Shown piece by piece: positions 23,766 through 35,455 of a DNA stretch of 64,000 bases. Where the stretch lies: contig NW_027103826.1 of assembly GCF_902728285.1 (NCBI RefSeq), forward strand, positions 116,759 through 180,758, given 5' to 3'. Within the stretch, counting starts at the first letter, position 1. Every line of letters begins with the position of its first letter. The DNA comes from Clytia hemisphaerica. Its lineage: Eukaryota. The notes beneath the pieces are model-generated. The model searched no databases. It was given only the letters and a program-made list of their open reading frames with translations, and had not been told where the DNA came from. Made by a program: the position numbers and the translations under genes.

Positions 23766-23876
23766 CCCTATGAAATGTTGTATGGTTCGATTGAAAACGA
23801 CCAAGAATCTCCCGTTTTTCTTTGTCATAGATCTTAGTATACCGCCTTCTCACAGACCGACTGTAAACTCTTCCCA
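23766..23876 (-). CDS. COLGALT-like gene B exon 7 (start of the GT25 catalytic domain)
   Basis: Acceptor tttttttcag, donor g|gtgagt. Encodes (M)GRVYSRSVRRRYTKIYDKEKREILGRFQSNHTTFHR (compare [21 protein letters not shown]). Phase fits exon 6. Confidence 0.5.
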
Positions 23877-24884
23877 CTGAAAAAAATTGGCCGATGGAAA
23901 ATCTCAAAAATTAGAAACTAGAAATAACGAAAAATTCCTACATATCCAAACTACTAAGAATGCCCTGGTAAGCCAGCAACAATTTTTCTGTTTTACAATA
24001 ATTTTATTATTCCCCCTTCCCCTTCCCATTGGAAAAATTGACCAAAATATCGTCCCCGCTGGAAAATTATCCTCAAATAGGTGTCCCCATTGAATATAAT
24101 CATGATATAATCAAATTAACTCACTGTAAAATATTTACTTTTTTCCCATTCCAACTGAATGTTTTGACTTGAAAACAAAAGAATTGAAATCCCCAACAAT
24201 AAAAAATATGGAAATATCAATCCCCATCGAGTTTCAGTCTGTTTGTTAGTTTATCCCCACTGGCCGAAAAAATCCTAACGGGTCTGTGGGAAGGGGGTGT
24301 CTTTAGTACAATAAATTTATTTATTGAAATAGGGTTGAGACTGGATCCCACTTTGCCCTACCTCTTGCCAAACATAATAGTGGCTCAAAAAGCAACCAAC
24401 ATCTCCTCTGGTTATCGGCCGGAAAACGTATGAACTAAAAAAAGGATGATTAGCTGTTAGATCATTCCAATCATAATGAACTATGTTCGGAAGAGTATTG
24501 GTGTATAGGCCAGTTCACAGTCGAAATGGATCAGGACTGATTGCGCTCCGATAACGGTTTCCCGTTGGTTAGACGCAAAAATCTTCAAATTTTTTCAAAA
24601 CTTTAGACCAATAGTAAGTTGCCATTAGCGCGCAGTGGTCCTGATTACCCATTACGCTTTTTGACTGTGGGTATTAGGGAAGAACGGTTATGGACTCTCT
24701 ACTTTTACTTTCTCTCAATCTCAAAAAACCGACTCATAAACAAAGTATTGATTTACTTTAAGATATAAAACGATGCATGCGCGTTTTACTGCGATACACG
24801 TTTTTTTTTCTATAAGAACAAACTATATCAGAACATAAGGCTTCAATGGCCAAAATATTAAGAACAATTTAAGAACATTTTAAG

Positions 24885-25156
24885 GGGGGGGTTTGTAGGA
24901 GTTCGAAATACCGTTTTCCCGTCAAAATGTTTTTATATATCCCGGAATCCCGAAAATTGAAAAAAATAATAACACCGTCACACCGGTTTGTACAGGTTCA
25001 AATACCGGCATAATGACAAAAAATAAGGCCAAATACCGTCACCGTCTGATTTTAAAATACCGTTTTCCCGTCTTTTTTTTTTTTTGTCAAATCCCGTAAT
25101 ACCGTACTAAAAAAGGGCCAATCCTGTCACACCGTAAAAGTACAAACCCCCCCCCC
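24885..25156. mobile_element. Short element with a poly-G / poly-C-tipped TIR (GGGGGGGGTTTGTA...TACAAACCCCCCCCCC), internal ATACCGT repeats, both ends abutting TTTTAA
   Basis: G-run at 24885 and C-run at 25147. TTTTAA immediately outside both ends (24879..24884 and 25157..25162). Confidence 0.45.
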
Positions 25157-25634
25157 TTTTAAGGCTTTGAGTACTCTGTGGAAAATGGACAAAAAACTGA
25201 AAATGGTGAAAAAAGGAGCATCTTAAAAACATTTTTAGACTTAAATCTCAAAAAGTCAAGAACATCCAAAGACTTAAAAAATTCTGGATGTTCTTATTAA
25301 AAACGTGTAAGGTTTATGGGATTGTCCAGAATTTTGAAGGAAAACTCAACTCTGGACACGCAAATTCTGTCTGAAGAATTGTGTAAATTAAAACATTCGG
25401 AATGTTACAATTTTGTAACAAACCTATTGAATGTTGGGTCTTTATAATCAGTCAGTGGTTTAACGCCAAGGTCTTCCATCCATTCCTTGTTAAGGTTGCT
25501 AAAATTATGAGAATGGAAAAAAAATTATACATAATCCTAAACTCTGTAAACTCTTTAAAAACCCTCTGACAAAATTATGTTCGGCAAAATGCGCCAATTT
25601 AGTACTCTCACACCGCGAAAATTAGTTCCCTTAA

Positions 25635-25902
25635 CCCTTAGACTCCATGAGACGCGTTTTTGCGTCCTGAAACAGCCAAAATACCAAGTCCCAAAGGTTG
25701 GGTCCCAGGTCCCTTGGACTTGATTTAAAGGGGCATAAACCGAATGCTTTTTGAAAGAGTACAAAATTACCATTCCAATGGTACCAAAACGAGTGTCTAA
25801 ATCAAAAGCTACAAGCTTTTACGCCATTTTGAATTTTCAAGTTTAAAAAAAAAAATCATTGAAATTTTTCAACTTTTTCAAAACTACTGCGCGCTCAAAG
25901 GG
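25635..25902. mobile_element. Related piggyBac-type MITE (268 bp): CCCTTAGACTCC...GCGCTCAAAGGG, flanked by TTAA
   Basis: TTAA at 25631..25634 and 25903..25906. The right end CTGCGCGCTCAAAGGG resembles the 20017 family terminus. Confidence 0.5.
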
Positions 25903-26541
25903 TTAAGGAAGCCTGAGATTTCATAAAATGACGTATGTTCTAAATAACACTATTCTGAGTGCAAAAAAATGAGTCTCGTATTCTTATAAATGAAAGCCAT
26001 GCTTACTTTCCATCCACAGCCTCGAAGTGTGTCCATTTCAAACCTAATTCCCTCATCGAGTTCCTCATGTGCAAAAACCGATTTTTACGACGTTTCAAAT
26101 TGATGACAAAGATCTGTAAAAGAATTGAAAAGTGCTGGATTTGTATTCCAGTGCTTCTTTTTGCAATAGTTGTATAATAAAATGTTCAGGAAATGTATTT
26201 TCCATGTATTTAGGAAATTCAAACCATAGAAACTTTCGCATTCAGTTTTTTTTATTATCAATTCTAGTCATTTTCAGTTGATATCTAACCTTTCAATTAT
26301 TTTCGGTTTCCTTATTTAGAATGCATTGGATACTCAGATGGCTTAAGATTTTCGCCTTAAATTGTCCCCTTTACGTCCACTATGAGAATCCTCTTGTTTA
26401 GAGAAAATATTGATTGAAATAACGATTGACGTCAAATTGAAAAGGATCCTTGGGATCTTGAATCCTCAATTCAGAAATCCAATTTCCACAGAGTTAAGAT
26501 AAAAAATCCATGTCTTAGTGTGTCTCTACAGGGCAAAAATC

Positions 26542-28500
26542 GGATCAGGTGCAGTTAGCGTGGTCACTGGTTGGATTCTTTAGCAGTGGAGAGCACTGTT
26601 AAAGAATATAACCTAATGTCGTTTAACCTAATAATGTTATAAAATACAGACCAGAATATATTTCACTGTTAAACAATCCAACCTAGTCCACTGTTAAACA
26701 ATCCAACCTAGTCCACTGTTAAACAATCCAACCTAGTCCACTGTTTAACAATCCAACCTAGTCCACTGTTTAACAATCCAACCTAGTCCACTGTTTAACA
26801 ATCCAACCTAGTCCACTGTTTAACAATCCAACCTAGTCCACTGTTTTTTAACAATCCACCTAGTCCATACAGTCCAACTAGTCCACTGTTAACAATCCAA
26901 CCTAGTCCATGTTAAACAATTTGACCTAGTCCACTGTTAAACAATTTGACCTAGTCCACTGTTTAACAATTTAACCTATAGTCATGCCCGGTCCACTGTT
27001 AAACAATTTAACCTACAGTCATGTCCGGTTCACTGTTAAACAATCTGACGTAGTCCAACCCCTGGTCACTGTTTAACAATTTGACCTAGTCCACTGTTAA
27101 ACAATTTAACCTACAGCCATGTCCGATCCACTGTTAAACAATTTAACCTACAGCCATGTCCGGTCCACTGTTAAACAATCCAACTTAGTCCACTGTTTAA
27201 CAATCCAACCTAGTCCACTGTTTAACAATCCAACCTAGTCCACTGTTTAACAATCCAACCTAGTCCACTGTTAAACAATTTGACCTAGTCCACTGTTTAA
27301 CAATCCAACCTAGTCCACTGTTTAACAATCCAACCTAGTCCCACTGTTTAACAACAATCCAACCTAGTCCACTGTTAAACAATTTGACCTAGTCCACTGT
27401 TTAACAATCCAACCTAGTCCACTGTTTAACAATCCAACCTAGTCCACTGTTTAACAATCCAACCTAGTCCACTGTTTAACAATCCAACCTAGTCCACTGT
27501 TTAACAATCCAACCTAGTCCACTGTTTAACAATCCAACCTAGTCCACTGTTTAACAATCCAACCTAGTCCACTGTTTAACAATTTGACCTAGTCCACTGT
27601 TTAACAATCCAACCTAGTCCACTGTTTAACAATCCAACCTAGTCCACTGTTAAACAATTTGACCTAGTCCACTGTTAAACAATTTGACCTAGTCCACTGT
27701 TTAACAATTTAACCTATAGTCATGCCCGGTCCACTGTTAAACAATTTAACCTACAGTCATGTCCGGTTCACTGTTAAACAATCTGACGTAGTCCAACCCC
27801 TGGTCACTGTTTAACAATTTGACCTAGTCCACTGTTAAACAATTTAACCTACAGCCATGTCCGATCCACTGTTAAACAATTTAACCTACAGCCATGTCCG
27901 GTCCACTGTTAAACAATCCAACTTAGTCCACTGTTTAACAATCCAACCTAGTCCACTGTTTAACAATCCAACCTAGTCCACTGTTTAACAATCCAACCTA
28001 GTCCACTGTTAAACAATTTGACCTAGTCCACTGTTTAACAATCCAACCTAGTCCACTGTTTAACAATCCAACCTAGTCCACTGTTTAACAATCCAACCTA
28101 GTCCACTGTTAAACAATTTGACCTAGTCCACTGTTTAACAATCCAACCTAGTCCACTGTTTAACAATCCAACCTAGTCCACTGTTTAACAATCCAACCTA
28201 GTCCACTGTTTAACAATCCAACCTAGTCCACTGTTTAACAATCCAACCTAGTCCACTTTTTAACAATTTGACCTAGTCCACTGTTAAACAATTTAACCTA
28301 CAGCCATGTCCGGTCCACTGTTAAACAATCCAACTTAGTCCACTGTTTAACAATTTAACCTTAGTCATGTCCGGTCCACTGTTAAACAATCCAACCTAGT
28401 CCACTGTTAAACAATTCAACCTACAGTCATGTCCGGTCCACTGTTAAACAATTTGACCTAGTCCACTGATAAACATTCCAACCTAGTCCCATCCCTTGTC
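26542..28500 (+). repeat. Left arm of the giant element: unique terminus plus a ~1.85-kb minisatellite array (unit CCACTGTTTAACAATCCAACCTAGT, ~25 bp) with a ~730-bp higher-order periodicity
   Basis: Direct tandem units with variants (caatttgacctag, caatttaacctacagtcatgtccgg). Blocks at 26940..27180 recur at 27660..27900. Confidence 0.8.
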
Positions 28501-28699
28501 ACGAGTAAACAACCTAACTTAGTTTCATTCCTGGTCACTGGGTTCTTAAAAAAAGAAGAAACTCTCAGGCTCTCAGCTATCCAACGAGCTATAAAACAAA
28601 GTCTAAATCTTTCTGGTTCAGGAAGTATTGGCATTTAGATATTTTCCTAGCTCATTGTAACAAAAAAGGCACGGAACGCTGCTTGGTGAAAATACAGTA

Positions 28700-29950
28700 C
28701 ATGGTGTGATTTGCGTTGTCACTAAAAGAGGTAACGAGTGGTAAGGATGTGGTAACGAGTGGTAACGAGGTGGTAACGAGGTAACCAGTTAAATACGTTG
28801 GCCCTAAAAGGCTCTAATTTTGAATTACTCGATTCTGATGAATGTAGAGCAGGACAATGTTTCCAGTGAATATGATAGTGGAGTTGATGGTCCTGTTGAA
28901 TGTGCAGCAGGGGTTGGTGGTTTAGGTAAATGTGCATCAGAGTTTTATGGTTCTGGTGATTTTAATGGTGGAGTTGATAGTTCTGGTGAATGTGATGACA
29001 GAGTTGGTGTTTCTGGTGAATGGGAGGCAGAAGTTGATGGTTCTGGTTAATGTGCTGGTGGAGGTAACGTTACTGGTGAATTTGATGGTGGATTTGGTGG
29101 TTCTGGTGCATATGATTGTGGAGCAGGAGTTTGAGTTTCTTGTGGATGTAAGTTTGGAGCTTATAGGTATCTGGCAAAATAAGTCAAACACCGACAGTTG
29201 TTAATGTCTTTAGATAGATAGCATTTATCACAATTCTAGCCCTATAGAAAACTGTCAAACACTTGAATACAATATATCGAAATTCATGATAATCCATCCA
29301 TCCCAAGAACAACCAGACCTGATGTAGATCTACCAAAACTAACAGTCTTGCGCTAAGAAGCATCAGAACCAACATGTATTTCTGTAGAACCTTTATAACC
29401 ACAAGGATCTGTTGCATAACCACCAGAACAACCAGTTCCTGCACTGCAGAATCACCATAATCACAAGTTGCTGCTTAAGAATAAGCAGATCCTTTAGGTT
29501 TTGTTGCAGAATCACCAGAATAACAAGGTTCTGTTGCAAGGTCACCAGTTCATGTTGCAGAATCAACAGAACAAACATGTCCTGCTGCAGAATCACAAGG
29601 ACCACCAACTCTTCTATCACATTCACCTAAACCACCAACTCCTGATGCACATTCACCAGAACTACCAACTCTTGCTGCACATTCACCAAAACCAGCAGTT
29701 CCTGCGGCACATTCACCACAACCACTAGTCCCTACTGCAGATTCAACACAACCACCAGTTCCTGATGGACATTCACCAAAACCATGTTAACTAAAGCTGT
29801 AAAGGCATAAATCAGAATCGATTCTTTCGGTTTTACAATATTTGACTCTTTAGGGCTACCATTTTCAACTCGTTACCTCGTTACCACATCGTTACCACTC
29901 GTTACCAGCCGTTACCACTCGTTACCAGCCGTTACCACTCGTTACCACTT
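28700..29950. repeat. ~1.25-kb imperfect palindrome: GGTAACGAG mini-repeats and coding-like (GSGECD..VDGSG) 30 to 40-bp repeats on one arm, with their reverse complement on the other
   Basis: 28733..28790 (ggtaacgagtggtaacgagg..) pairs with 29866..29950 (ctcgttaccactcgttacc..). The 28820..29200 repeats are reverse-complementary to 29400..29780. The centre is near 29250..29350. Confidence 0.6.
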
Positions 29951-30754
29951 TTAGTAACAACGTGTGATTTAATGTATTTAGGAATTTGTATAAACTTTTT
30001 CTGCTTTTTCACACAGCCTACGTATTTATAAGGGCTACTTAGACTACACAATATATTGACGAACAATATTCGACAATATGGTTTGCGGACCGTAATGTAC
30101 GAAGTAAACAACTGGTACTCTATTATAAAAAGGAATTTTCTTTCTGTAAACAATCCCCCTTTATTGTTGGAATATTGCAAATCGAGCTGACAATATATTG
30201 CGGACACCTTTTCAATATATTGCCGACATTCAGCAATATACCATCAATATATTGCCCGACAATATATTGTGTAGTGTATGTAGCCCTATACGGTTTGAAA
30301 AGATGTTTTTACCGGTGTGAACCGGACACTCTCTATTGGTCATAACTCTATACCTAAATGGTTTGTCAGTGATTTGTTATCGGATATCGTATCTGTTCTC
30401 CGTTATGTCAGCTATTAAAATTAAAAAGTCATATAAAGATTTTTTTTAGCCAATCAGATTGCGTTTTGTCCTTGCGGCAAATGAGTAGAAGAAAAAAATA
30501 AAAACATATGTGTACTCCATTTTGAGAATGTGAGAATGAAGTTCAAGAAAAAGACTATTATTTATTTATCATGCATATTAAAAAGGCATTAACAATAGTG
30601 TCTACAATTTCTTCTTTTGTTCTTTCAAATCAAAAAAATACTTAAAGTTATATCTGGAAGCGTTTGCGTCGCTATTCACACATATATTTTTTTCTCATGG
30701 AAATTAATATTTCCACAAACGCAGGTTTTTCATATCATTGTCGACGCGTTTACT

Positions 30755-30936
30755 ATGGCTGCAGTGCATCGGAGATTTTTACAGAGATGGGGAGCATTAC
30801 TTTTAGGCAATGATAAAATTGCAATCATACATTTTCTACAAGGACAAGGTTTACTAAGTGTTGTCAAGATGTGTCAAACTTGTGGTTCGCCGATGCAACT
30901 TGAAGCTAATAGACAATGCCGTGATGGGTTTAGATG
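30755..30936 (+). CDS. IS1595/ISXO2-like (Merlin-superfamily) DDE transposase, exon 0 (ATG 30755; N-terminal zinc ribbon)
   Basis: MAAVHRRFLQRWGALLLGNDKIAIIHFLQGQGLLSVVKMCQTCGSPMQLEANRQCRDGFR(W) matches the IS1595 transposase zinc-ribbon N-terminus (..C..YL..RWP.G..CP.CG...). Donor tg|gtaagt is phase 2 and joins exactly to exon 1 (tg+g=W). Confidence 0.55.
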
Positions 30937-31822
30937 GTAAGTTTTTATCATGAAGTTGTAATCGTACCTTTAGTTTTGAGGCAATTTGAAATCCAACTTG
31001 CTCCCTTTGGGTTCTGGGTTAAGTTAAAGGCTCCTCCTTGCAAAAAGGCTAGAAATACATCTTAAAATAATTTATTACTTAGAATAAACACCCCTTCTTT
31101 TAAACACCTCCTCGGATAAAAGCCCCCTTTTTTAGGAAAATAATTAATAAACGTCTCCTCCTCAAATAAACGCTCTTCCCTGGAAGGGTTTTTTTATTTA
31201 AAAATAGGCTCTTAGTCGAAACTTTCATTTTGAGAGAGAAATGGATACTTCGACACACAAGAACAAGAACATCGATAATTTTTAAAAATGTTGTTATGGT
31301 ATAAAAATATATGTATCGCATTATCAAAAACAATTCTTCGTGTTTAATTTTTCAAAATTCTCGAATAAATGCGCACACCCCCTTAAAATCCAAAAAAACG
31401 AATTTTTCACGAATATGGCCCTAATTCGCAAAAGTTTCTTCAGAAAAATTAATCTCAGACAGGCAATTCGCAAAATATTTCTTTCGCGAAAGTTACTTTC
31501 TTTCAATCAATTTTTAGTCAGAGATAAAAAAATATTAAAATGATCTAAGAGACAATCATTAATTAATACAAATACATTTTCTAGTCCATAACAACTAACG
31601 TTTCCTTTTTTTCATCAAAACGTGATTAAAACAGTACGCATTTTTATATAATTTGCGAAAACTTCTTCCGTAAAAGTAATTTCGGAGAGCTCAATTCACG
31701 AAATATTTTCCGCGAAAATTACTTCCCTTAGGGTAGGAGCGATAATGGAATGTAGTTAGAAGGTCGGTTATGACAACATAAATTTTATCCAGACAATTTC
31801 TAACACAGATATTTTTGTTTAG

Positions 31823-32123
31823 GAGGTGTAACCGACCATGTCGCAGATGTTTGAGGCTCCGAGATGGGACAATATTTGAATCGTGGACGCATATTTCCCT
31901 TAGTGATTTATTTTTGATAATCTTCCTGTGGTCAAACAACGTTTCTATGACCAAAATAACGAATATTGTTGGAATACCAAAAAAAACAGTGATCAAAATG
32001 TTGCAGCTTCTTCGCCAAGTCTGTACGAATGATCTAGCCAGAAACCCAGTTGCTATTGGTGGTGGGGGGGGTGCTAATTTTGTTGTCCAGATTGACGAGA
32101 GCCAATTCCATCACAGGCAAAGA
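31823..32123 (+). CDS. Merlin/ISXO2-like transposase copy 1, exon 1
   Basis: Acceptor tttgtttag, donor AGA|gtatgt. Encodes RCNRPCRRCLRLRDGTIFESWTHISLSDLFLIIFLW..TKITNIVGIPKKTVIKMLQLLRQV..VAIGGGGGANFVVQIDESQFHHRQR. These are the second Cys pair, the HTH, and the first catalytic Asp of the DDE motif (V.IDES). Confidence 0.65.
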
Positions 32124-32324
32124 GTATGTTTTCATACGAGTGAGAGAGATTTTTAACTACATTTTGCTCAAAAGTTTGTCATTCTTTTAAATTTTTGATA
32201 GAATCGAATGCATATTTTGCAGTTTAGTCTTAACAAAAAAATTGAATATTTTCCAAAGTGCGTTCGACTTCATTACATAATGTTGTTTTGACCCTATTCT
32301 TTTAATTCTCGTTTCTTTATATAG

Positions 32325-32603
32325 GGAGGAAGAGGAAGAAGAGCGCAGGCACCTGTTTGGGTATTTGGCTTGGCCGATACTCAATACACACCCGCCAAAG
32401 GCTATATGGAAATTGTGAACAGGCGAAATAGGCCCACTCTCACTGCTGTAATTAATCGGGTTTTGAACCCTAACTCTGTCATACATAGCGATGAATGGCG
32501 TGCTTACAATAGGCTTCGAAACTTTGTACCGAACTGCATACAACACGATACCGTAAACCATACATACAACTTTGTCGATCCTCTAACAGGAGCCCACACA
32601 CAG
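32325..32603 (+). CDS. Merlin/ISXO2-like transposase copy 1, exon 2
   Basis: Acceptor tttatatag, donor CAG|gtaacc. Encodes GGRGRRAQAPVWVFGLADTQ..TLTAVINRVLNPNSVIHSDEWRAYNRLRNFVPNCIQHDTVNHTYNFVDPLTGAHTQ. This fits the ISXO2-like consensus (GGK.K.RGR...V.G.VER......L..II...V..GS.I.TDEW.GY..L..GY.H.TVNHS..FVDP.TG.HTN). Confidence 0.7.
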
Positions 32604-32809
32604 GTAACCAGACAATAATTTTTTGTAAAATTAGCCATTGGGCTCGGTACATTTTTTTAGTTCTCTGTAAAATTCTTGTAAAGTTTGCAGTTCCCTAAAA
32701 ACCCCACCCCACCCATAAAAGTAAAAGCTTTGAAAAGTGATATTTTTAACGTTTTTATATTTTAGAAAAGTTTATACTTTTTTCAAACCCTTTCTTTTTT
32801 TTTCATTAG

Positions 32810-32910
32810 AACATTGAATCGTACTGGAACCGTTTTAAGCTGAAACTGAAAGCTATGAAAGGTGTCGAACGAGCCAATTTACAAAGTTACATGAACGAGT
32901 TCATGTGGAG
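32810..32910 (+). CDS. Merlin/ISXO2-like transposase copy 1, exon 3
   Basis: Acceptor ttcattag, donor ag|gtaatt. Encodes NIESYWNRFKLKLKAMKGVERANLQSYMNEFMW (consensus NTIEGFWS.LKR...G...L..YL.EF.FR). Confidence 0.6.
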
Positions 32911-33232
32911 GTAATTATTTTTCAATCGGAAAGAAATGATTTGAAGCTACCTGACACTGGCAGGCCTCTCATAACAGATGAGATGAAGTTTTTATAAGAT
33001 ACTTTAATGATTGGTCATTTGAAGTAATAACAATGACGTGTTCTTTAGAAAAAGTAACAAAATTGTTTTATTACTGGTTAACGACCAACCGAATCAAATG
33101 AGAGCTTGTAAAAATTCAATCTCGTCCCTCTCATAAGGAATAAAACAGCTAGTCCTAAATTTTTATTGGGTTTAAACGTCATTTGATAATCCATAGATTA
33201 GGCAATTTAATGATTTTGTAATTCTTTTTTAG

Positions 33233-33305
33233 GGACTGGTATGGACTAGACCAAACATTTGACAACATAATCAACCGGATAAATATTGATTATCCACAAG
33301 CTTAA
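33233..33305 (+). CDS. Merlin/ISXO2-like transposase copy 1, exon 4 (stop TAA 33303..33305)
   Basis: Acceptor tttttag. Encodes (R)DWYGLDQTFDNIINRINIDYPQA*. The five exons sum to 936 nt, which is 312 codons, so the phases are consistent. Confidence 0.55.
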
Positions 33306-34503
33306 GTTTGCTTTCATTGAAGTATGATTTTTATGTTTTCTTTTGTTATTGATTCACAAGTCATAGTTTGACTTCTAGAGACTAAAGCTATTTTTAGGTA
33401 TTTTGTATGTATATGGTATAACATTTCATTATGCAGAACAAAGACTCTTACCATTAAAAATATACTTTAACTCTTTATATTTTGCCCTTTCCGCCAAAAT
33501 TTGTCTCGCGATATCGCGTGGGATCGTCGATTCGCGAAATCAAATCGTCAAATCCACGCGAAATTTTTGAAACTACCATTTTAGCAAACAAAGTTATCAA
33601 AACCATGCAATTTTGGTAAAATATGTCCATTTTTAGGGTCTTTCGCGAAATTATACTCACGCGAAAGTCTTGACTCACAAAATTAAATCCTATTAAAGTA
33701 GCCTTAATCTGTCTTATCTTGAAATTGTTCACATTGGTTAGTGCTCCTTCTTTTCCAGGCAACGTTGAAAAAAAGGTAAACAAACAGGGTAAAAAGGCAC
33801 GTATAGTAGTGACAGGAACAATGTGAAAAGTATACTTGGGTGCGATGTATACTTGTCTTGGGTGCGAGGAATACTTATGAAATGTACAGTGCTCAGTAAA
33901 ATTGTTTTGTGTAAGTTCCTGTGAAAAGTGCTGAACATCCTAGTTTGGAAGATAGGCAAAAAAGTGTTCTTTTTCGCAAAGGTTGATTTTAGTTAAATCG
34001 GAGTCAAATGGGTCAATCATGAAAATTAATTCTTGCGAAATATATAGTCAAATAATCTTGATTTCCTTAAGATTTGCTCAAAAATTAAGAACATCTTAAA
34101 AACATGCCAAGGTTGAAATGAAGAAGAAAAGTCTACTAAGGGATTCTTAACGCTTAAATAACAGACACAAAACATAATTTCAACATTGTTTCAATGTCCA
34201 ACTAATGTCTGATGTTGAAATAACATTTTTTGAACAACAAATTTCAAAGCTACTTTTTTGGATTCATTTTCTCAAAAAAATTGTTTTTAGCACTTACAAG
34301 TACCATAACGGGCGTTTTTCAGACTTGTCGAGCGCCCTCTCCACCCGATATAATTTATTTATAGAAGTGTATTTCTCAGGTCCATTGACCTCTATGAAAC
34401 AATCTTACATTTTTACAATTTATAGATCTTATCATTCGTTTGTCAATTCTGTTATAGAGTTTTACAGTTAGGTACCTGGGCCTCTAACCCACTCTTCTTA
34501 TAA

Positions 34504-35455
34504 TCATGTTGTTTCCGTCGAAAATTTCTTTAAATAGAGTTTAGTCCTAGGACTACCTCTCACTTTCCATATACCACTCTTGTCTTTTTCATTCGATGTT
34601 TTTTCTTTTGCTTTACGATGCCATTGTTTTATTATCTCCCGTTCTTTCCTTGAAAAATCGTCTGATACCCTGAAATCATCTTTATCTAGTTTGTGGGCTG
34701 ATGCAAGTATTCTAATCCTTTCTTCTTCACTCTCGAGAGTAACTTTCAATGGTCTCCATCGTTCATTTGTATACATTTCATCTTTACGAGCACCTATGCG
34801 TCTTCTACCTTGATTATCGTCACATCGAAAACCCATTTGTTGTTTCAGTATTCTTTCTATGAAATCTTTGTCACCAACTCGTTGCTCTTCTTCGTTTTCG
34901 TGCTTGTTTTCACCTAAATCATGCACCATGATGTTGCACTTGGTTGATTTGAGCCAACGCTCCTCTTCGTTCACTGATTTGATGAAACTTTTTATGGTCA
35001 CCTCTTGTTTTTTGTAGATCTTCTTTGGTGACTTCTGCATATGATTGTTTTTTTGTTTCTGTGTTGTTGAGCTGTGTTTCAGATCGTTTGTTGTTCCGTT
35101 CTTTGTTGACGTCTTTTTTTTTCATTAGCTTCTCGATTTTCCTTTCTAGAGAGGTTATTCTCTCGTTGAAACCTAATTTCAATCCATGATGTTCATCTTT
35201 GTCTGCTTCTTTCGTTGTGATGTCACTGCGAGCTTTTTGTCTGCTTGTTTTAATCCTCTCAAATAAGAGTGGCGTTATTGTAACACAATTTCCACATTCG
35301 AAGCGCCGGCTTTTATATTGCAGACAAAGCTGAATCTGATAGGCCGGGAGCTCAGAGCAAGCATAATGGACAAGTCTATCACATCTCCTACATTGTAAGG
35401 TGTCGTTATCTTCTATGATGGTGTTTATCAAACAGTTATTGGTTGTGCAATACAA
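34504..35455 (-). pseudogene. Frameshifted duplicate of the L1 ORF1p-like gene (tandem-duplication copy 1)
   Basis: Two overlapping frames (34504..35040 and 34919..35455) together cover the same protein as 39355..40302. Indels of 4 nt net break the frame. Confidence 0.55.

Noticed and set aside
26650-28500. Possible CRISPR array (regular ~25-bp repeats)
   Set aside because: The units are directly tandem with no unique spacers. They show higher-order periodicity and a mirrored inverted array 15 kb away. The surrounding sequence has spliced eukaryotic genes. This is a minisatellite forming transposon arms, not CRISPR.
28820-29728. Gly/Ser/Glu-rich and His/Gln-rich ORFs (28820..29050, 28932..29204, 29393..29626, 29501..29728)
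   Set aside because: They are frames of the tandem repeats forming the palindrome arms, present on both strands and in several frames. They are not a gene.
32187-32561. 124-aa minus-strand ORF (also 37033..37407)
   Set aside because: It is antisense to transposase exon 2 and its intron, and has no recognisable motif.
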